Notes: generated from the letters alone by a model not told the origin. A DNA stretch of 64,000 nt from Phycisphaerae bacterium (GCA_029260235.1 JAJDDP010000119.1:874-64873); one strand, 5' to 3'. Shown: positions 8,596 to 19,266, counted from the stretch's first letter. Numbers and translations: made by a program.

Positions 8596-11500
8596 ATGCC
8601 TTCCACCCGCCGCGTGCCAGGCGTGGCCGCGGTCTTTTGTGTCTGCCTCGGTTTGGGTGCGTGCTCGAAGGACCAGCCTGCCAAGCCCGACCCTGGTGAT
8701 TTTGCCCGACTGATGAACATAGGCAGGGCGCACGTCGAAAACCGCGAGTCAGCTCAGGCCATCGCCGTCCTTGAAAGGGCGGTCCAAGCAAACGAGCAAT
8801 CTCCCCAAGCGTGGCGAAATCTGGGACGGGCCTACCTGATCGACAAGACCGCAGAACAAGCTGGCAATGCAATCAACGCAACAACCAGGGCGCTTAAACT
8901 TGACTCTGCATCCGCCGCGGCCAACTACTTGCTGGCTTTGGGCCTTAAGCGCCAGGAGAAATATGAAGCGGCGTTGCCTCACTTTGAAGAAGCAGTTCGC
9001 CTCGACCCCCGGACGCCCGCTCTGCGTTTTCAGTTAGGGCGATCGCTGGAGTCAATGGGTCGCCATGACGAAGCCCACACGCAGTTCATCGAAACTATTC
9101 AACTCGACCCCATGCACCGATTTGCCTACTACCGCCTAGCGGCCCAAGCCCGGGCCAAGGGCGATCGGGAAGGGCTTCAAAAATACACGCTAGAATTCCA
9201 GCGGCTAAAGAAGCTGTTCGGTGAGCAGCCAGACACAGTTCTGGAGCAGTGCATCCACACCGAACCTGAATCCCTGTCAGCCACACCAAGCCAGACCATA
9301 ACGACGGCGACACCGGCCATCGACGTGCGCTTTGTAGATACGACCGCCGCAGCTTTCCCGCAACCCGACAGTAGATCGGCGTCGCTCGCTGCGGTGCTGG
9401 AAGTTGACCAGAAGGGCATCCCCAGCCTGTTCGTGGTGGCCTCAGATGGTTCTTGGCGTATGCTGCGCTGGAGCGGTGCCGGCGGTTTCGCCCAAATATC
9501 CACCGGTGCAGGTTCACCCGAATGGGGAAGCTTAGCCTCAATCATTGCGGCTGATTTCTATAGTGAAGTACCGCAGAAAAAGAAGTTCGCCGCCAAAGAA
9601 GACGTTCTCAACGACGTCTTCTTGATCGGTCCAGCCGGTGCGGCCCTGCTTGAACAGGTTCAGCCAGGTCAGTTCGAAAATCGAACAGCTTCGTCCGGCA
9701 TGGGCGAAGTAAGCGGCACGCGAGGGCAATGGGCAGACTACGACCACGACGGCGACTTGGATCTGCTAGTCGCAGGCCCGGATCGCATCAGCCTCTTGCA
9801 GAACAATGGTGATCGATCCTTTGAAGATGTAACCGAGCAAGTCGGTATCAACCCGGCCGGCGTATCGACCGATGCGGTAGCCGTAGATCTGGATGGAGAG
9901 TCAGCCGTAGATCTCATCATCGCTCGCGGTGACCAACCTACCCAAGTGTTCCTGAATCAACGGGCGGGGAAATTCAAACCGATGCCCCAGCCACCAGGGC
10001 CGTGGCCAAGGGCGCGACGAGTATTCGCCGACGATCTGGACAATGATGGGGTTATCGATCTGCTCTTGATGACCAGCAGCGGTATCACCATCATGTACGA
10101 CCAGGGGGCTGGGCGCTCCAGGATCGAGTTCACTGGGTTTGAGGCGTCGTCAGCAACCTTGATCGATTACGACAACGATGGCTGGCTAGACATCGCCGTC
10201 GCTGGACAGAAGGGACTGCGTTTGTGGCGAGGCAGCGGCGACCGGCGGTTTGAAGAAACCAGTGAGGCCGTCGGGATCAACACTTGGCAAGACCGCCCGG
10301 TCAAGGATCTCATCGCGGCCGATGTCGATGGCGACGGGGATTCAGATCTTCTGGTTTTGGGCGAGCAAGGCCTGTCCTTCCTCAAGAACGAGGGCGGCAA
10401 CAGCCAGCCTCAGTTGAAGCTGCGGCTGGTCTCGATCCTGACCAATCCGACATGCTTGGGCGCCAAGCTGGAGATTCGAGACCGTGACCGCTTGGTGTCC
10501 CGACTTGTCACTCGTCTTCCGATTGAAATCGGCCTCGGCGGTATCGAACAGATGGACACAGTGCGTGTCGTTTGGACCAACGGGGTAGTGGATAACAAAC
10601 TCGATGTCGTCCAGTCGGCAGAGCCAATTCGACTCGTCGAAAAAATGGTCGAGGCTGGCTCCTGTGGATTCCTGTTCGCCTGGAATGGATCGGGCTTCGA
10701 TTTTGTGACCGATACGCTAGGAAATTCCCCGTTGGGGCTATCGCTCAAGAGGAATGTACTGCTAGATGCCGATCCCGACGAGTTCGTCTTGATAGGCCAT
10801 GAAAAAGATTTGGCCAGTCGGGGTGGAAAGTACGTCTTCGAGATGGCAGAGTGCTATCGTGAAGTGCTCTATGTGGATCAGGTTCACTTGGTCGCTGTTG
10901 ACCACGCGGTGGCTGATGAAGTCTTCGCCAACGACAAGCTCATGCCCGCACCTTTCCCCAAGTCGCGACTCTGGCAGCTTGAAAGCATGCAGCCGGCGAG
11001 TTTGGCCTTGGGCGACGATGGAATTGACCGGACCGAGGCTGTTCAAGCCATAGATGGCCAGTTTGCACCCCCAGGGCCTCCAATGCAGATCCGCGGAATG
11101 TGTCAACCTATGGCACTGACCATGCAATTTGATGCGACAGAGCCTGGGCAGTACATGCTGGCGCTCACCGGTTGGTTGCGATACGGCAGCGCCAGCGTCA
11201 ATATCGCCATGTCTCAGAACAATAGCCTGAGCATCATTCCACCGAAGTTGGAAATCGAACAAGCTGATGGCACTTGGCAGCCAATCGATGCCGTCGTGGG
11301 TATGCCAGCCGGAAAGACAAAAACTATTCTGTGCCCTCTTGGAGAGCTGGAGGGTGGCCCGTGCAGGCTGAGACTGACCACGACGTTCGAGATTCGCTGG
11401 GACCGCATTGCCATCGGACGTACCGCAGAGCCGATCGACGATTTGAAAGTGCAAACACTGGCCCCGGATCGAGCCTCGATTCATTGGCTCGGTTTTCCTG

Positions 11501-11904
11501 AAATGAAGTCCGACGCCCCGGGTCACCCCATCACGCCGGACTATGCAAACCGATCAGACCAGCCCCCATGGCGCGAAGTGCCTCAGGGTTGGTGTACGCG
11601 CTACGGCGACGTAACCGCGTTGTTGTCCGACCGCGACGATCAATTGGTCATCCTAAATTCAGGCGATAGCGTTTCGCTGGAGTTCGACTCAACCCAACTG
11701 CAACCTGTTCCCCCCGGCATGGCCCGCAGCTTCTTCTTCTATTCAGTCGGTTGGGACCGCGACATGGATCACAACGTCGTAGGGGGCGATCAAGTGTTAC
11801 CCTTGCCCGCGGGCACCACCAGCGACAGCGTTGAGCCCGAAGCCTGGCGCATCGAATACAACACCCGTTGGGTGCCGCGAGATCGTTTCAAAGAGCCGGT
11901 CTGA
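8596..11904 (+). CDS. Lipoprotein with TPR repeats, FG-GAP repeats and ASPIC/UnbV domain (CRTAC1-like)
   Basis: LGAC lipobox, N-terminal TPR helices, repeated DYDHDGDLDL/DLDNDGVIDL/DYDNDGWLDI/DVDGDGDSDL loops, VRVVWTNG, SCGFLFAWNG C-terminal domain. Confidence 0.85.
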   Translation: MPSTRRVPGVAAVFCVCLGLGACSKDQPAKPDPGDFARLMNIGRAHVENRESAQAIAVLERAVQANEQSPQAWRNLGRAYLIDKTAEQAGNAINATTRALKLDSASAAANYLLALGLKRQEKYEAALPHFEEAVRLDPRTPALRFQLGRSLESMGRHDEAHTQFIETIQLDPMHRFAYYRLAAQARAKGDREGLQKYTLEFQRLKKLFGEQPDTVLEQCIHTEPESLSATPSQTITTATPAIDVRFVDTTAAAFPQPDSRSASLAAVLEVDQKGIPSLFVVASDGSWRMLRWSGAGGFAQISTGAGSPEWGSLASIIAADFYSEVPQKKKFAAKEDVLNDVFLIGPAGAALLEQVQPGQFENRTASSGMGEVSGTRGQWADYDHDGDLDLLVAGPDRISLLQNNGDRSFEDVTEQVGINPAGVSTDAVAVDLDGESAVDLIIARGDQPTQVFLNQRAGKFKPMPQPPGPWPRARRVFADDLDNDGVIDLLLMTSSGITIMYDQGAGRSRIEFTGFEASSATLIDYDNDGWLDIAVAGQKGLRLWRGSGDRRFEETSEAVGINTWQDRPVKDLIAADVDGDGDSDLLVLGEQGLSFLKNEGGNSQPQLKLRLVSILTNPTCLGAKLEIRDRDRLVSRLVTRLPIEIGLGGIEQMDTVRVVWTNGVVDNKLDVVQSAEPIRLVEKMVEAGSCGFLFAWNGSGFDFVTDTLGNSPLGLSLKRNVLLDADPDEFVLIGHEKDLASRGGKYVFEMAECYREVLYVDQVHLVAVDHAVADEVFANDKLMPAPFPKSRLWQLESMQPASLALGDDGIDRTEAVQAIDGQFAPPGPPMQIRGMCQPMALTMQFDATEPGQYMLALTGWLRYGSASVNIAMSQNNSLSIIPPKLEIEQADGTWQPIDAVVGMPAGKTKTILCPLGELEGGPCRLRLTTTFEIRWDRIAIGRTAEPIDDLKVQTLAPDRASIHWLGFPEMKSDAPGHPITPDYANRSDQPPWREVPQGWCTRYGDVTALLSDRDDQLVILNSGDSVSLEFDSTQLQPVPPGMARSFFFYSVGWDRDMDHNVVGGDQVLPLPAGTTSDSVEPEAWRIEYNTRWVPRDRFKEPV

Positions 11905-11915
11905 TCGGTCGAGTA

Positions 11916-12959
11916 CTAGCGAGCCCCAAAGGTCTGGAGCACCTCGATAGCCCGGTCGATCCCTTCGGTATCCACGTCACGGTGAGTCACCGCCCGTACC
12001 CGCTTAGGCCCGATGGCCATCATCCAGACATCCTTGTCGTGCAAGCATGCGCAAACCTCAGCGGCCGATCCCACCGATTCGGCCGCATCGAAGTAGACGA
12101 TGTTGGTTTCCACTGCGGCTAGATCAATGTCGAACCCTGGCATCTCGCTCAACGCTTCAGCCAATCGCTTTGCATTGGCATGATCTTGGGCTAGGCCATC
12201 GATATTGTGGTCCAGGGCGTAAACGGCTGCCGCAGCCAAAATGCCCGACTGCCGCATCCCGCCGCCGAACATCTTGCGGAAACGATGCACGCGGCGAATC
12301 ATCTCAGTTGTACCAGCCACAGCCGATCCGACGGGAGCTCCCAAGCCTTTGGAGAAACAAACGGACACCGTATCGAACAGCTCAGCGTACTTGCTTGGCT
12401 TGATGCCCGCAGCTACCGAGGCATTCATTAACCGGGCACCGTCCAGGTGCATGGATAGCCCAAACTCATCGGCTACCTTGCGAATGTCCTGAATCCGCTC
12501 GATGGGCCAAATCGAGCCTCCGCCTCGGTTATGCGTGTTCTCGATCACCACCAGCCGCGATTGAGCAAAATGAGACTCGACAGGCCGAACGGCTGACCGA
12601 ACCTGATCGGCATCGAAGATCCCCCCCTTGCCCTGCATCATGCTGATCGAACAACCCGAAATGGCAAAAGGAGCGCCGCCCTCGTAGTGGTAAATGTGGG
12701 AATCAGCGTGGGCGATGATCTCATCACCGGGCTGGGTCTGGGCGCGGATAGCCGCCTGGTTCCCCATCGATCCGGAGGGCACGAACAGAGCAGCCTCTGT
12801 CCCGAGAAGTTTGGCTACTTTCTCTTGAAGAGCGATGACGGTTGGATCATCACCAAGCACGTCATCGCCCACCTCAGCTTCGACCATAGCCTGAAGCATC
12901 TCCGGGCTAGGTTTGGTCACCGTGTCACTTCTCAGATCAACAACGCGCTTCTCAACCAT
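11916..12959 (-). CDS. ltaE: Low-specificity L-threonine aldolase
   Basis: [45 protein letters not shown] (PLP lysine), GGGMRQSG. Confidence 0.94.
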   Translation of the reverse strand: MVEKRVVDLRSDTVTKPSPEMLQAMVEAEVGDDVLGDDPTVIALQEKVAKLLGTEAALFVPSGSMGNQAAIRAQTQPGDEIIAHADSHIYHYEGGAPFAISGCSISMMQGKGGIFDADQVRSAVRPVESHFAQSRLVVIENTHNRGGGSIWPIERIQDIRKVADEFGLSMHLDGARLMNASVAAGIKPSKYAELFDTVSVCFSKGLGAPVGSAVAGTTEMIRRVHRFRKMFGGGMRQSGILAAAAVYALDHNIDGLAQDHANAKRLAEALSEMPGFDIDLAAVETNIVYFDAAESVGSAAEVCACLHDKDVWMMAIGPKRVRAVTHRDVDTEGIDRAIEVLQTFGAR

Positions 12960-13123
12960 GGGGGGAACTTCCTTTCTCCAATATGCCAAACCACCGTTAT
13001 GGCACGTTTTGCGGAGTCAATCAACGGATCGGCTGTTCGAGGCTACTTGTAGCCGTTCTCTGAGTCGGGTTGACCATACTTGGCTGGGCGATTCTTCATC
13101 GCCTCGTACCGGAACATGTTCCC

Positions 13124-14200
13124 CTACGGGGCGATTTGAGGCGAATGTCTCCCGATGAATTCGATCACCGTCTCACGGATCTTGCGCTCTTCCTCGCTCA
13201 TCCAGATTAGGTGGCCGCACGATTCAGCCACGCTCATGGACGCACCCGGCACGCCCTGAGCTACGAATTCAGCGTGATCGAAGGTGACGTTCCCGTCGTA
13301 TCGACCGTGGACGACCAGAGTCGGACAAGCGATTCGTTTGATCGGGTAATCTTCGATCAGGGCGAATTGTTTGAGGTCGTTGTCCAGACCGATTTTGCGA
13401 ATGCTGAGCGGATAGCCCGAATGCAGAAGCCCGCGCATCCAACGAAACTGAAGCGGGGCGCGGCGGATGGTCGCTAGGCGCTCTTCGATCCTCGCTCGAT
13501 CAAATGTCTCGGTGGCGCGCAGTAGCAGCCGCGTGAAGGACTCCGGGGCCACCGCCGCAAATGCCAATCCGCCGCGATAGAGTAAATCCACGAGCCAACC
13601 AAAACCGTGCGCGAACACAATTTTACCTACGAAACTGTTGGTCGTGCGGGCCGGCTGAACATGCCTCTTGCTAATCGCCGCCACCATAACCAGCGAGGAA
13701 GTTCGTGACACATGTCGTAGCGCGAACTGAAGTGCCGTCGGCCCGCCGCCGGAGACTCCAATTACATGGGTCTTATCAATCCCCAACGTGTCGAGCAAGG
13801 CGGCCATCGCGTCAGCGCCTTCCGCAGGCGTTTGTCCAGTTGAGAGCGGCGTTCGCAGATAGCCCACGCGCGACGGCGCGATGATCGTGAATCTGTTTCT
13901 CAACATCGCGTCGCCATCTTGCAACGCACGGTGGTAGTCTACGCAGGCATCGCGTTCTGCATCATCGGCCTGAGCTAGAAGGGACACACCCAGCGCAACG
14001 CCCTGATCCCAGCCTCCCATGCCGCCGTGCAATACGAGGACCGCCGGTCCGCTTCCGGCCGAAGCGTATTCGACCGGTCCCTTGGTCGTCTCGACAACGC
14101 GGCTGCAGTGTCGAAGCCGATGGACCGACTTCGACCGTTCCCATCGAAAGGCGAGTAGGCCGAGTGCGACAACGACAGTAATCGGAATCAATATGCCCAA
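13124..14200 (-). CDS. Alpha/beta hydrolase with N-terminal membrane anchor
   Basis: LHGGMGG oxyanion loop, GVSGGG nucleophile elbow, HGRYD, CGHL. The start codon is uncertain. Confidence 0.85.
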   Translation of the reverse strand: MGILIPITVVVALGLLAFRWERSKSVHRLRHCSRVVETTKGPVEYASAGSGPAVLVLHGGMGGWDQGVALGVSLLAQADDAERDACVDYHRALQDGDAMLRNRFTIIAPSRVGYLRTPLSTGQTPAEGADAMAALLDTLGIDKTHVIGVSGGGPTALQFALRHVSRTSSLVMVAAISKRHVQPARTTNSFVGKIVFAHGFGWLVDLLYRGGLAFAAVAPESFTRLLLRATETFDRARIEERLATIRRAPLQFRWMRGLLHSGYPLSIRKIGLDNDLKQFALIEDYPIKRIACPTLVVHGRYDGNVTFDHAEFVAQGVPGASMSVAESCGHLIWMSEEERKIRETVIEFIGRHSPQIAP

Positions 14201-14285
14201 TATTTACTTCCTCTCGTCGCCACACCGGCGATGATCTCGATCCGATTTGAAAATCGCTGGCCATACCCGGGCATTTGAACTGCGG

Positions 14286-14313
14286 TTGACCATACCCTAC
14301 CGCAGGCCACAAT
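14286..14313 (+). promoter_or_regulatory. sigma70-type promoter, probably giving a leaderless ECF mRNA
   Basis: TTGACC-N16-CACAAT ends 6 nt before the ATG at 14320. No Shine-Dalgarno sequence. Confidence 0.5.
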
Positions 14314-14319
14314 ACAGCC

Positions 14320-14919
14320 ATGAATTCCCCGCCGCCTCTTGATCCTTCGGATGATGCCTTGTTCGCCCGCTTAGCCGACGGCGACCCCATGGCACTGCGT
14401 CCGTTGATGGATCGCTATGACCGGCTGGTGCGATTCACCATCTACCGCATGAGCCAGACCCGGGCTAGGCGCGATCCGCTTTGGCTCGACTCGGTTGCCT
14501 CTGAGGTGTGGACCGATCTCTGCCGCTCCCTCCGCACCTCGCCGGAGAAGAAAATCGATCACCCCGCAGCCTACCTGATCGAAATTTCGCGCCGCAGGTG
14601 CATCGACGCCCTTCGCAGGCGGAACGAAACCCCATCTCAGGGTGATCCCCACGAGGATCACTTCGCGCAAACGACTGCCAATGAAGAGGATACGGCAGAC
14701 ATGCTGGAACAGTCAGAGGAGTTGTCCGCCCTCCGAGACTGCACCCACGCCTTGGAGGGCGATGACGCTCGGCTCTGCAGTGAGTTGCCAGCCATCACCG
14801 CAGGTCGATGGCGAGAGGCTGGGGCAAAGCTAGATATGCCCGAATCCACGCTGCGATCCCGCTGGAAGAAGATCCTGGCACAACTCCGCTCATGCCTGGA
14901 AGGCAAGATGGACCGATAA
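14320..14919 (+). CDS. ECF-family RNA polymerase sigma factor
   Basis: Region 2 (GDPMALRPLMDRY..., AYLIEISRRRCIDALRRR) and region 4 HTH (WREAGAKLDMPESTLRSRW). Confidence 0.85.
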   Translation: MNSPPPLDPSDDALFARLADGDPMALRPLMDRYDRLVRFTIYRMSQTRARRDPLWLDSVASEVWTDLCRSLRTSPEKKIDHPAAYLIEISRRRCIDALRRRNETPSQGDPHEDHFAQTTANEEDTADMLEQSEELSALRDCTHALEGDDARLCSELPAITAGRWREAGAKLDMPESTLRSRWKKILAQLRSCLEGKMDR

Positions 14920-15047
14920 TAACTGCACAACTTGACCTAAATCACATTAACGCGGGTTGGTGCGTTTTTCTTCGCGCCGTGGGCATTCAGGTGCGACTAT
15001 CTAGATTGAGCGGACCAGAGGTGTCCGATCTGCCCTGGAGTCGTCTG

Positions 15048-15473
15048 ATGAGTCAAGACAAATACACGCCCGACAACATCGAGAAGCTCCTGGCCGACGT
15101 GCAATCGGCTGAGGAGGCCGGTGTTTTTGGCCGTACTCTGGTGAGTCCGTCGGCTTTGGTTATACCCAAAGGCCAGCCGGCCAAGACGCGACGACATTGG
15201 GTCATCGGCCTGGAAATAGCAGCCTGTGCAGCCCTGCTCATCGGTGTCGGTAGTTTGTGGTCATTCGGCAACGGCTGGGGCAGCACGTCTGGGTCAGGCG
15301 GAAATCCGCCCATTGAGATGGCCGAGGCTCCCTGTTCCGACGTAGCCCTGCTGGTTCGCTGTGTCGGGGACGGCAGTGGAGCCGAGTGCCAATGCCTGGA
15401 CGCTGATGACGATGGTGATGTCGATCTAGCCGATTTCGGATCGTATCAACGCTCGATTTCTCGGCAGAACTGA
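15048..15473 (+). CDS. Single-pass membrane protein with C-terminal EF-hand/dockerin-like motif, candidate anti-sigma factor
   Basis: Short N-terminal segment, TM helix (WVIGLEIAACAALLIGVGSLW), Gly/Ser linker, CLDADDDGDVDLADFGSYQRS. Lies directly after the ECF gene. Confidence 0.65.
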   Translation: MSQDKYTPDNIEKLLADVQSAEEAGVFGRTLVSPSALVIPKGQPAKTRRHWVIGLEIAACAALLIGVGSLWSFGNGWGSTSGSGGNPPIEMAEAPCSDVALLVRCVGDGSGAECQCLDADDDGDVDLADFGSYQRSISRQN

Positions 15474-15618
15474 GTGACCAACTCCGGCTGAAGCTGTACT
15501 GACCGACAGCATCGCTCATTGAGCGCAGGCCGTCTCCACAATTCGTATCTACGTTTTGTAGCCAAGGCAAGTCCCGCTCTCAAGCGAGGCTTGCCTTGGC
15601 TGCTACGCTGGAAGGTGG

Positions 15619-15942
15619 TCAGGGGGCCAAGCCGCCTTCAGAGAATCGATCCTCTAGGTCCAGCTGCCCGCTTTCCATGGATCCACTTGGGGTGGCCGAC
15701 TTGAACGGATCCGGCAGTACTTGGTCATCCGGCTCGCTGATCGAATAGGGCACGCCCAAGACCGACGACCAAAAATCTCGGGCGAACTGGGCGGTGAATC
15801 TGGCTCGACCGACGACCACCGAAGGAACGCGATTTCCGTATCCTGGAATGCTGCGCCCCGCCTCAAGGTAGGCCTCGGTCTCGCGAATCATGCGCCGCCG
15901 AAGTTGGGTATGACCATCGTCAGGTTGACGGTTGCGTACCAT
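15619..15942 (-). CDS. Hypothetical protein (107 aa)
   Basis: ATG ORF filling the gap between neighbours. No recognisable motif. Confidence 0.45.
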   Translation of the reverse strand: MVRNRQPDDGHTQLRRRMIRETEAYLEAGRSIPGYGNRVPSVVVGRARFTAQFARDFWSSVLGVPYSISEPDDQVLPDPFKSATPSGSMESGQLDLEDRFSEGGLAP

Positions 15943-16202
15943 GGATCACCCGCAGGGGACGAGGCATAACCACCTCAAGCGGGGATCATCTCCCGCTCTT
16001 GTGAGCGTAGATTGTAGGCGAAATCGAATCGGAAATCGTCCCCCTAGGCAGAGATCGATGCCGATTTCGGTTGCTTCCTTGGACTATTGACAGGCCTATC
16101 TCTCGACACGTTGCCTCGGGATTGCTAGGTTTGTGCGTCTAAGTCGTCGAGAAGGTTCGTCGGCAGATACACTCGGTTTGCTGCTGCAGGAATGACGGAA
16201 TC

Positions 16203-17225
16203 ATGGCAAAGAAAATGCGGGCTGCGGTCATCGGGGCTGGGCACATGGGCAAGCACCATGTCCGCATCTACCACGAGTTACCCGAAGTCGAGCTGGTGGC
16301 TGTGGTTGATGCCGATCAAGATCGGGCGTCCAAACTGGCCACCCAGTTCGGGGCCAAGTCGCTCACCGATGGTGCTGATTTGCTCGACCTGGGCCTAGAC
16401 GCAGTAACAGTTGCCGTGCCGACCGTCCACCATGAAGCGGTGGCCAAGCCACTCATCGAAGCGGGCTTGGCTGTGCTGATCGAAAAGCCGCTAGCTCCAG
16501 ACACAGCCTCAGCCCGGCGTCTGCTGGACTTAGCCACTGCTCACAACTGCGTACTTCAGGTGGGGCACTCGGAACGGTTTAATCCCGTTGTGCAAGCGAT
16601 GCTGCGCATGGACGTCGCGGCTAAATTCATCGAAACCCATCGCATCAGTCCGTTTACTTTTCGCAGTGCCGACATCGGCGTGGTCTTCGACATGATGATC
16701 CACGACATCGACATCCTTCTGCACTTGGTGCCATCGCGTGAATACAAAGTCAGTGCGGTGGGCATCTCTGTGCTGAGCAAGTACGAGGATGTCGCCAACG
16801 CCCGCGTAGAATTCGCTAATGGCTGCGTCGCCAACCTGACTGCTTCGAGGCTGGCCCTGAAGACCGAGCGCAAGATCCGCGTCTTCTCCCCCGGGGCTTA
16901 CTTGTCTATGGACTATCAAAAGAAAAGCGGCGTCGCGATCAAACTGGACGCCAATCTCAATCTGCTCAAGCTGGCCAAGGAAAAAGACCTGACCGATCTC
17001 TCGCAGGTAGCTGGATTAGATTTTGGCTCCATGGTCAAAGTAGAGCCGCTCGAAATAGATGACGTAGAACCGCTTCGGGCAGAGATACAATCATTCCTTG
17101 ATTCGATTCGGACCGGTATCACACCGGCGGTCTCAGCCGAGGATGGCTTTGCAGCTGTGCAACTGGCTGAGTCGATCGTCAACGCTCTCGAAAAGCACGA
17201 CTGGAATCGACCAGTTCCTCAATAA
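16203..17225 (+). CDS. Gfo/Idh/MocA oxidoreductase, GnnA-like UDP-GlcNAc 3-dehydrogenase candidate
   Basis: VIGAGHMG, IEKP, GHSERFNP, DMMIHDID, ANLTASR. Confidence 0.88.
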   Translation: MAKKMRAAVIGAGHMGKHHVRIYHELPEVELVAVVDADQDRASKLATQFGAKSLTDGADLLDLGLDAVTVAVPTVHHEAVAKPLIEAGLAVLIEKPLAPDTASARRLLDLATAHNCVLQVGHSERFNPVVQAMLRMDVAAKFIETHRISPFTFRSADIGVVFDMMIHDIDILLHLVPSREYKVSAVGISVLSKYEDVANARVEFANGCVANLTASRLALKTERKIRVFSPGAYLSMDYQKKSGVAIKLDANLNLLKLAKEKDLTDLSQVAGLDFGSMVKVEPLEIDDVEPLRAEIQSFLDSIRTGITPAVSAEDGFAAVQLAESIVNALEKHDWNRPVPQ

Positions 17226-17389
17226 GCGCACTGTAGATTCTCATCAATACTCTCGCTCTTTCTCACGTCCTGATTCCTTTGATGGCCTCTGGAGGTTGAA
17301 CATGGCTGGCCTTGCGGTCAAAATGCGAGCATGTAATTCAGCACGCTCTTGCTCAGCCGGCGTGATGCATCTCATCTGAGAACGACGCT

Positions 17390-19216
17390 ATGTTCGGTTC
17401 CGCGTTATTGACAATCTCGACGCTTCTTCAGTTCTTGGCAGCCATCCTGGCGCTGCGTTTGATCAAGATAACAGGCCGGCGCTGGGCGTGGTCGTTGATT
17501 GCCGCAGCAACCCTACTCATGGCAGTCCGGCGTAGCGTGACTTTGTTCTCGCTTTGGCAAGGTCAACTGCTGGAATCGCCCAGCCTGACCGCTGAGGGCA
17601 TCGCCCTAGTGATTTCTGTCCTGATGCTGATTGGTATCGCGGGAGTGGCGCCCATATTTCATTCAGTGAACCAAGCAGCCCAAGACGTTCGGGAAAGTGA
17701 AGCAAGGCTGCGCCAGATCATCGACTTGGTGCCTCACTTGGTTTCTGCATGGAACTTGCACGGTGAGTACATCCTGGCCAACCAAGCGGTAGCCGACGCC
17801 TTGGGTACTGATGTTGACAAGGTACCTGGCCAGAAAGCCATCAGTTTTGATCCGTCGCTGACTCAAGACGAGCGGCTCAGGCATAATGATGCGGAGGTGA
17901 TCCGTAGCGGCCAACCGAACATTGTGCCTGAAGAAGTGCTCATCGATGCGAGCGGCAAGGAACGGGTCTTCCGCACGACGAAGATCCCTTTCTCGGTCTC
18001 TGGGTCGGAACAACCCGCGGTTCTCTGTGTTGCTGAGGACATAACCGAGCGCAAGAGGCTGGAAGAACAACTCCGGCAGGCCCAGAAGATGGAAGCAATC
18101 GGCCATCTGGCCGGCGGGATTGCCCATGATTTTAACAACATCCTCACCGCCATCATCGGCTACACCACGCTGATCGAAAATCGACCGGGTGAATCTGCTC
18201 GCGTATCGGAGTATGCCCATCAGATCAACTACAGCGCTGACCAAGCAGCCATCCTGGTTCGCCAACTCCTGGCCTTTGGACGCCGGCAGACCCTAAAGCT
18301 TGAATCGCTGGACTTGAACGACGTCATCAAGCAAATCAAACCCATGCTGGAGAGGTTGATCGACGAATCCGTCAGTTTGGAAGTAACCTATGCTCCAAAG
18401 CTCCCCATGCTGAAGGCTGACCCCGGCCAGTTGGAACAAGTGGTGATGAACCTGATCATCAACGCCCGCGATGCCCTCCCTAGGGGCGGCAAAATCGTGA
18501 TGGAGACGCGGAACTTCGTACAGACAGAAGAGCACCCAGCCAAGCTGGATCTCCAGCCAGGCCGGTACATCGAATTGTGTATCCAAGACAATGGGTTCGG
18601 CATGGACGCGGACACCCTGGAACACATCTTTGAACCATTCTTCACCACGAAAGAGCAAGGCAAGGGGACGGGTCTGGGGCTGGCTACAGTCTTCGGTATC
18701 GTTAAGCAATGTGGCGGCCGCATTTCTGCCGATGCGAAGGTCGGGAAAGGATCGACGTTCAAGGTCTACTTCCCAGCAGCAAATGGAGAGGAAGAAGGTT
18801 CACCAACAAGTCTGGATAAACTAGCCGACCATCGTGGAGGCGAAACAACCCTGCTGGTCGAAGACGATGCTTTGGTCAGAGATTTGGCCTTTAGAATCCT
18901 CGATGGCAAGGGTTACCGGGTTCTAGTAGCCGGCTGTGCCAACGATGCGATCTCCCTGGCCCATGACCACGGGGGGGCCATCGACATCTTGGTCACTGAT
19001 ATCGTCATGCCGGACATGAGGGGGACCGAACTGGCCAAGATACTGAAACTGGCCCGCTCAAATCTTCGCGTCTTGTTCATTTCTGGATATGCCCCTGACG
19101 TCTTTGCCTCACAAGGCATGGATGGGGGTGGGCTCGAATTGCTCGCCAAGCCGTTCGCCCCGGCTGCTCTTACACGACGCGTGCGGGAAATACTCGACCG
19201 CTCTACAGCCCAATAG
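17390..19216 (+). CDS. Membrane PAS hybrid sensor histidine kinase/receiver (CckA-like)
   Basis: Three TM helices, PAS/PAC, AHDFNNIL H-box, FEPFFTTK, GTGLGL, receiver LVEDD..TDIVMP..AKPF. Confidence 0.93.
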   Translation: MFGSALLTISTLLQFLAAILALRLIKITGRRWAWSLIAAATLLMAVRRSVTLFSLWQGQLLESPSLTAEGIALVISVLMLIGIAGVAPIFHSVNQAAQDVRESEARLRQIIDLVPHLVSAWNLHGEYILANQAVADALGTDVDKVPGQKAISFDPSLTQDERLRHNDAEVIRSGQPNIVPEEVLIDASGKERVFRTTKIPFSVSGSEQPAVLCVAEDITERKRLEEQLRQAQKMEAIGHLAGGIAHDFNNILTAIIGYTTLIENRPGESARVSEYAHQINYSADQAAILVRQLLAFGRRQTLKLESLDLNDVIKQIKPMLERLIDESVSLEVTYAPKLPMLKADPGQLEQVVMNLIINARDALPRGGKIVMETRNFVQTEEHPAKLDLQPGRYIELCIQDNGFGMDADTLEHIFEPFFTTKEQGKGTGLGLATVFGIVKQCGGRISADAKVGKGSTFKVYFPAANGEEEGSPTSLDKLADHRGGETTLLVEDDALVRDLAFRILDGKGYRVLVAGCANDAISLAHDHGGAIDILVTDIVMPDMRGTELAKILKLARSNLRVLFISGYAPDVFASQGMDGGGLELLAKPFAPAALTRRVREILDRSTAQ

Positions 19217-19266
19217 GACACGATCTGCCACGCTCGGTGCTCTCGCAGATGCAGTGAGCAATCTGA

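Noticed and set aside
15976-16001. Hairpin CAAGCGGGGA-TCATC-TCCCGCTCTTG as a terminator or REP copy
   Set aside because: It lies between divergent genes and lacks a U-tract and the GCGCAGGC core, so no function can be supported.
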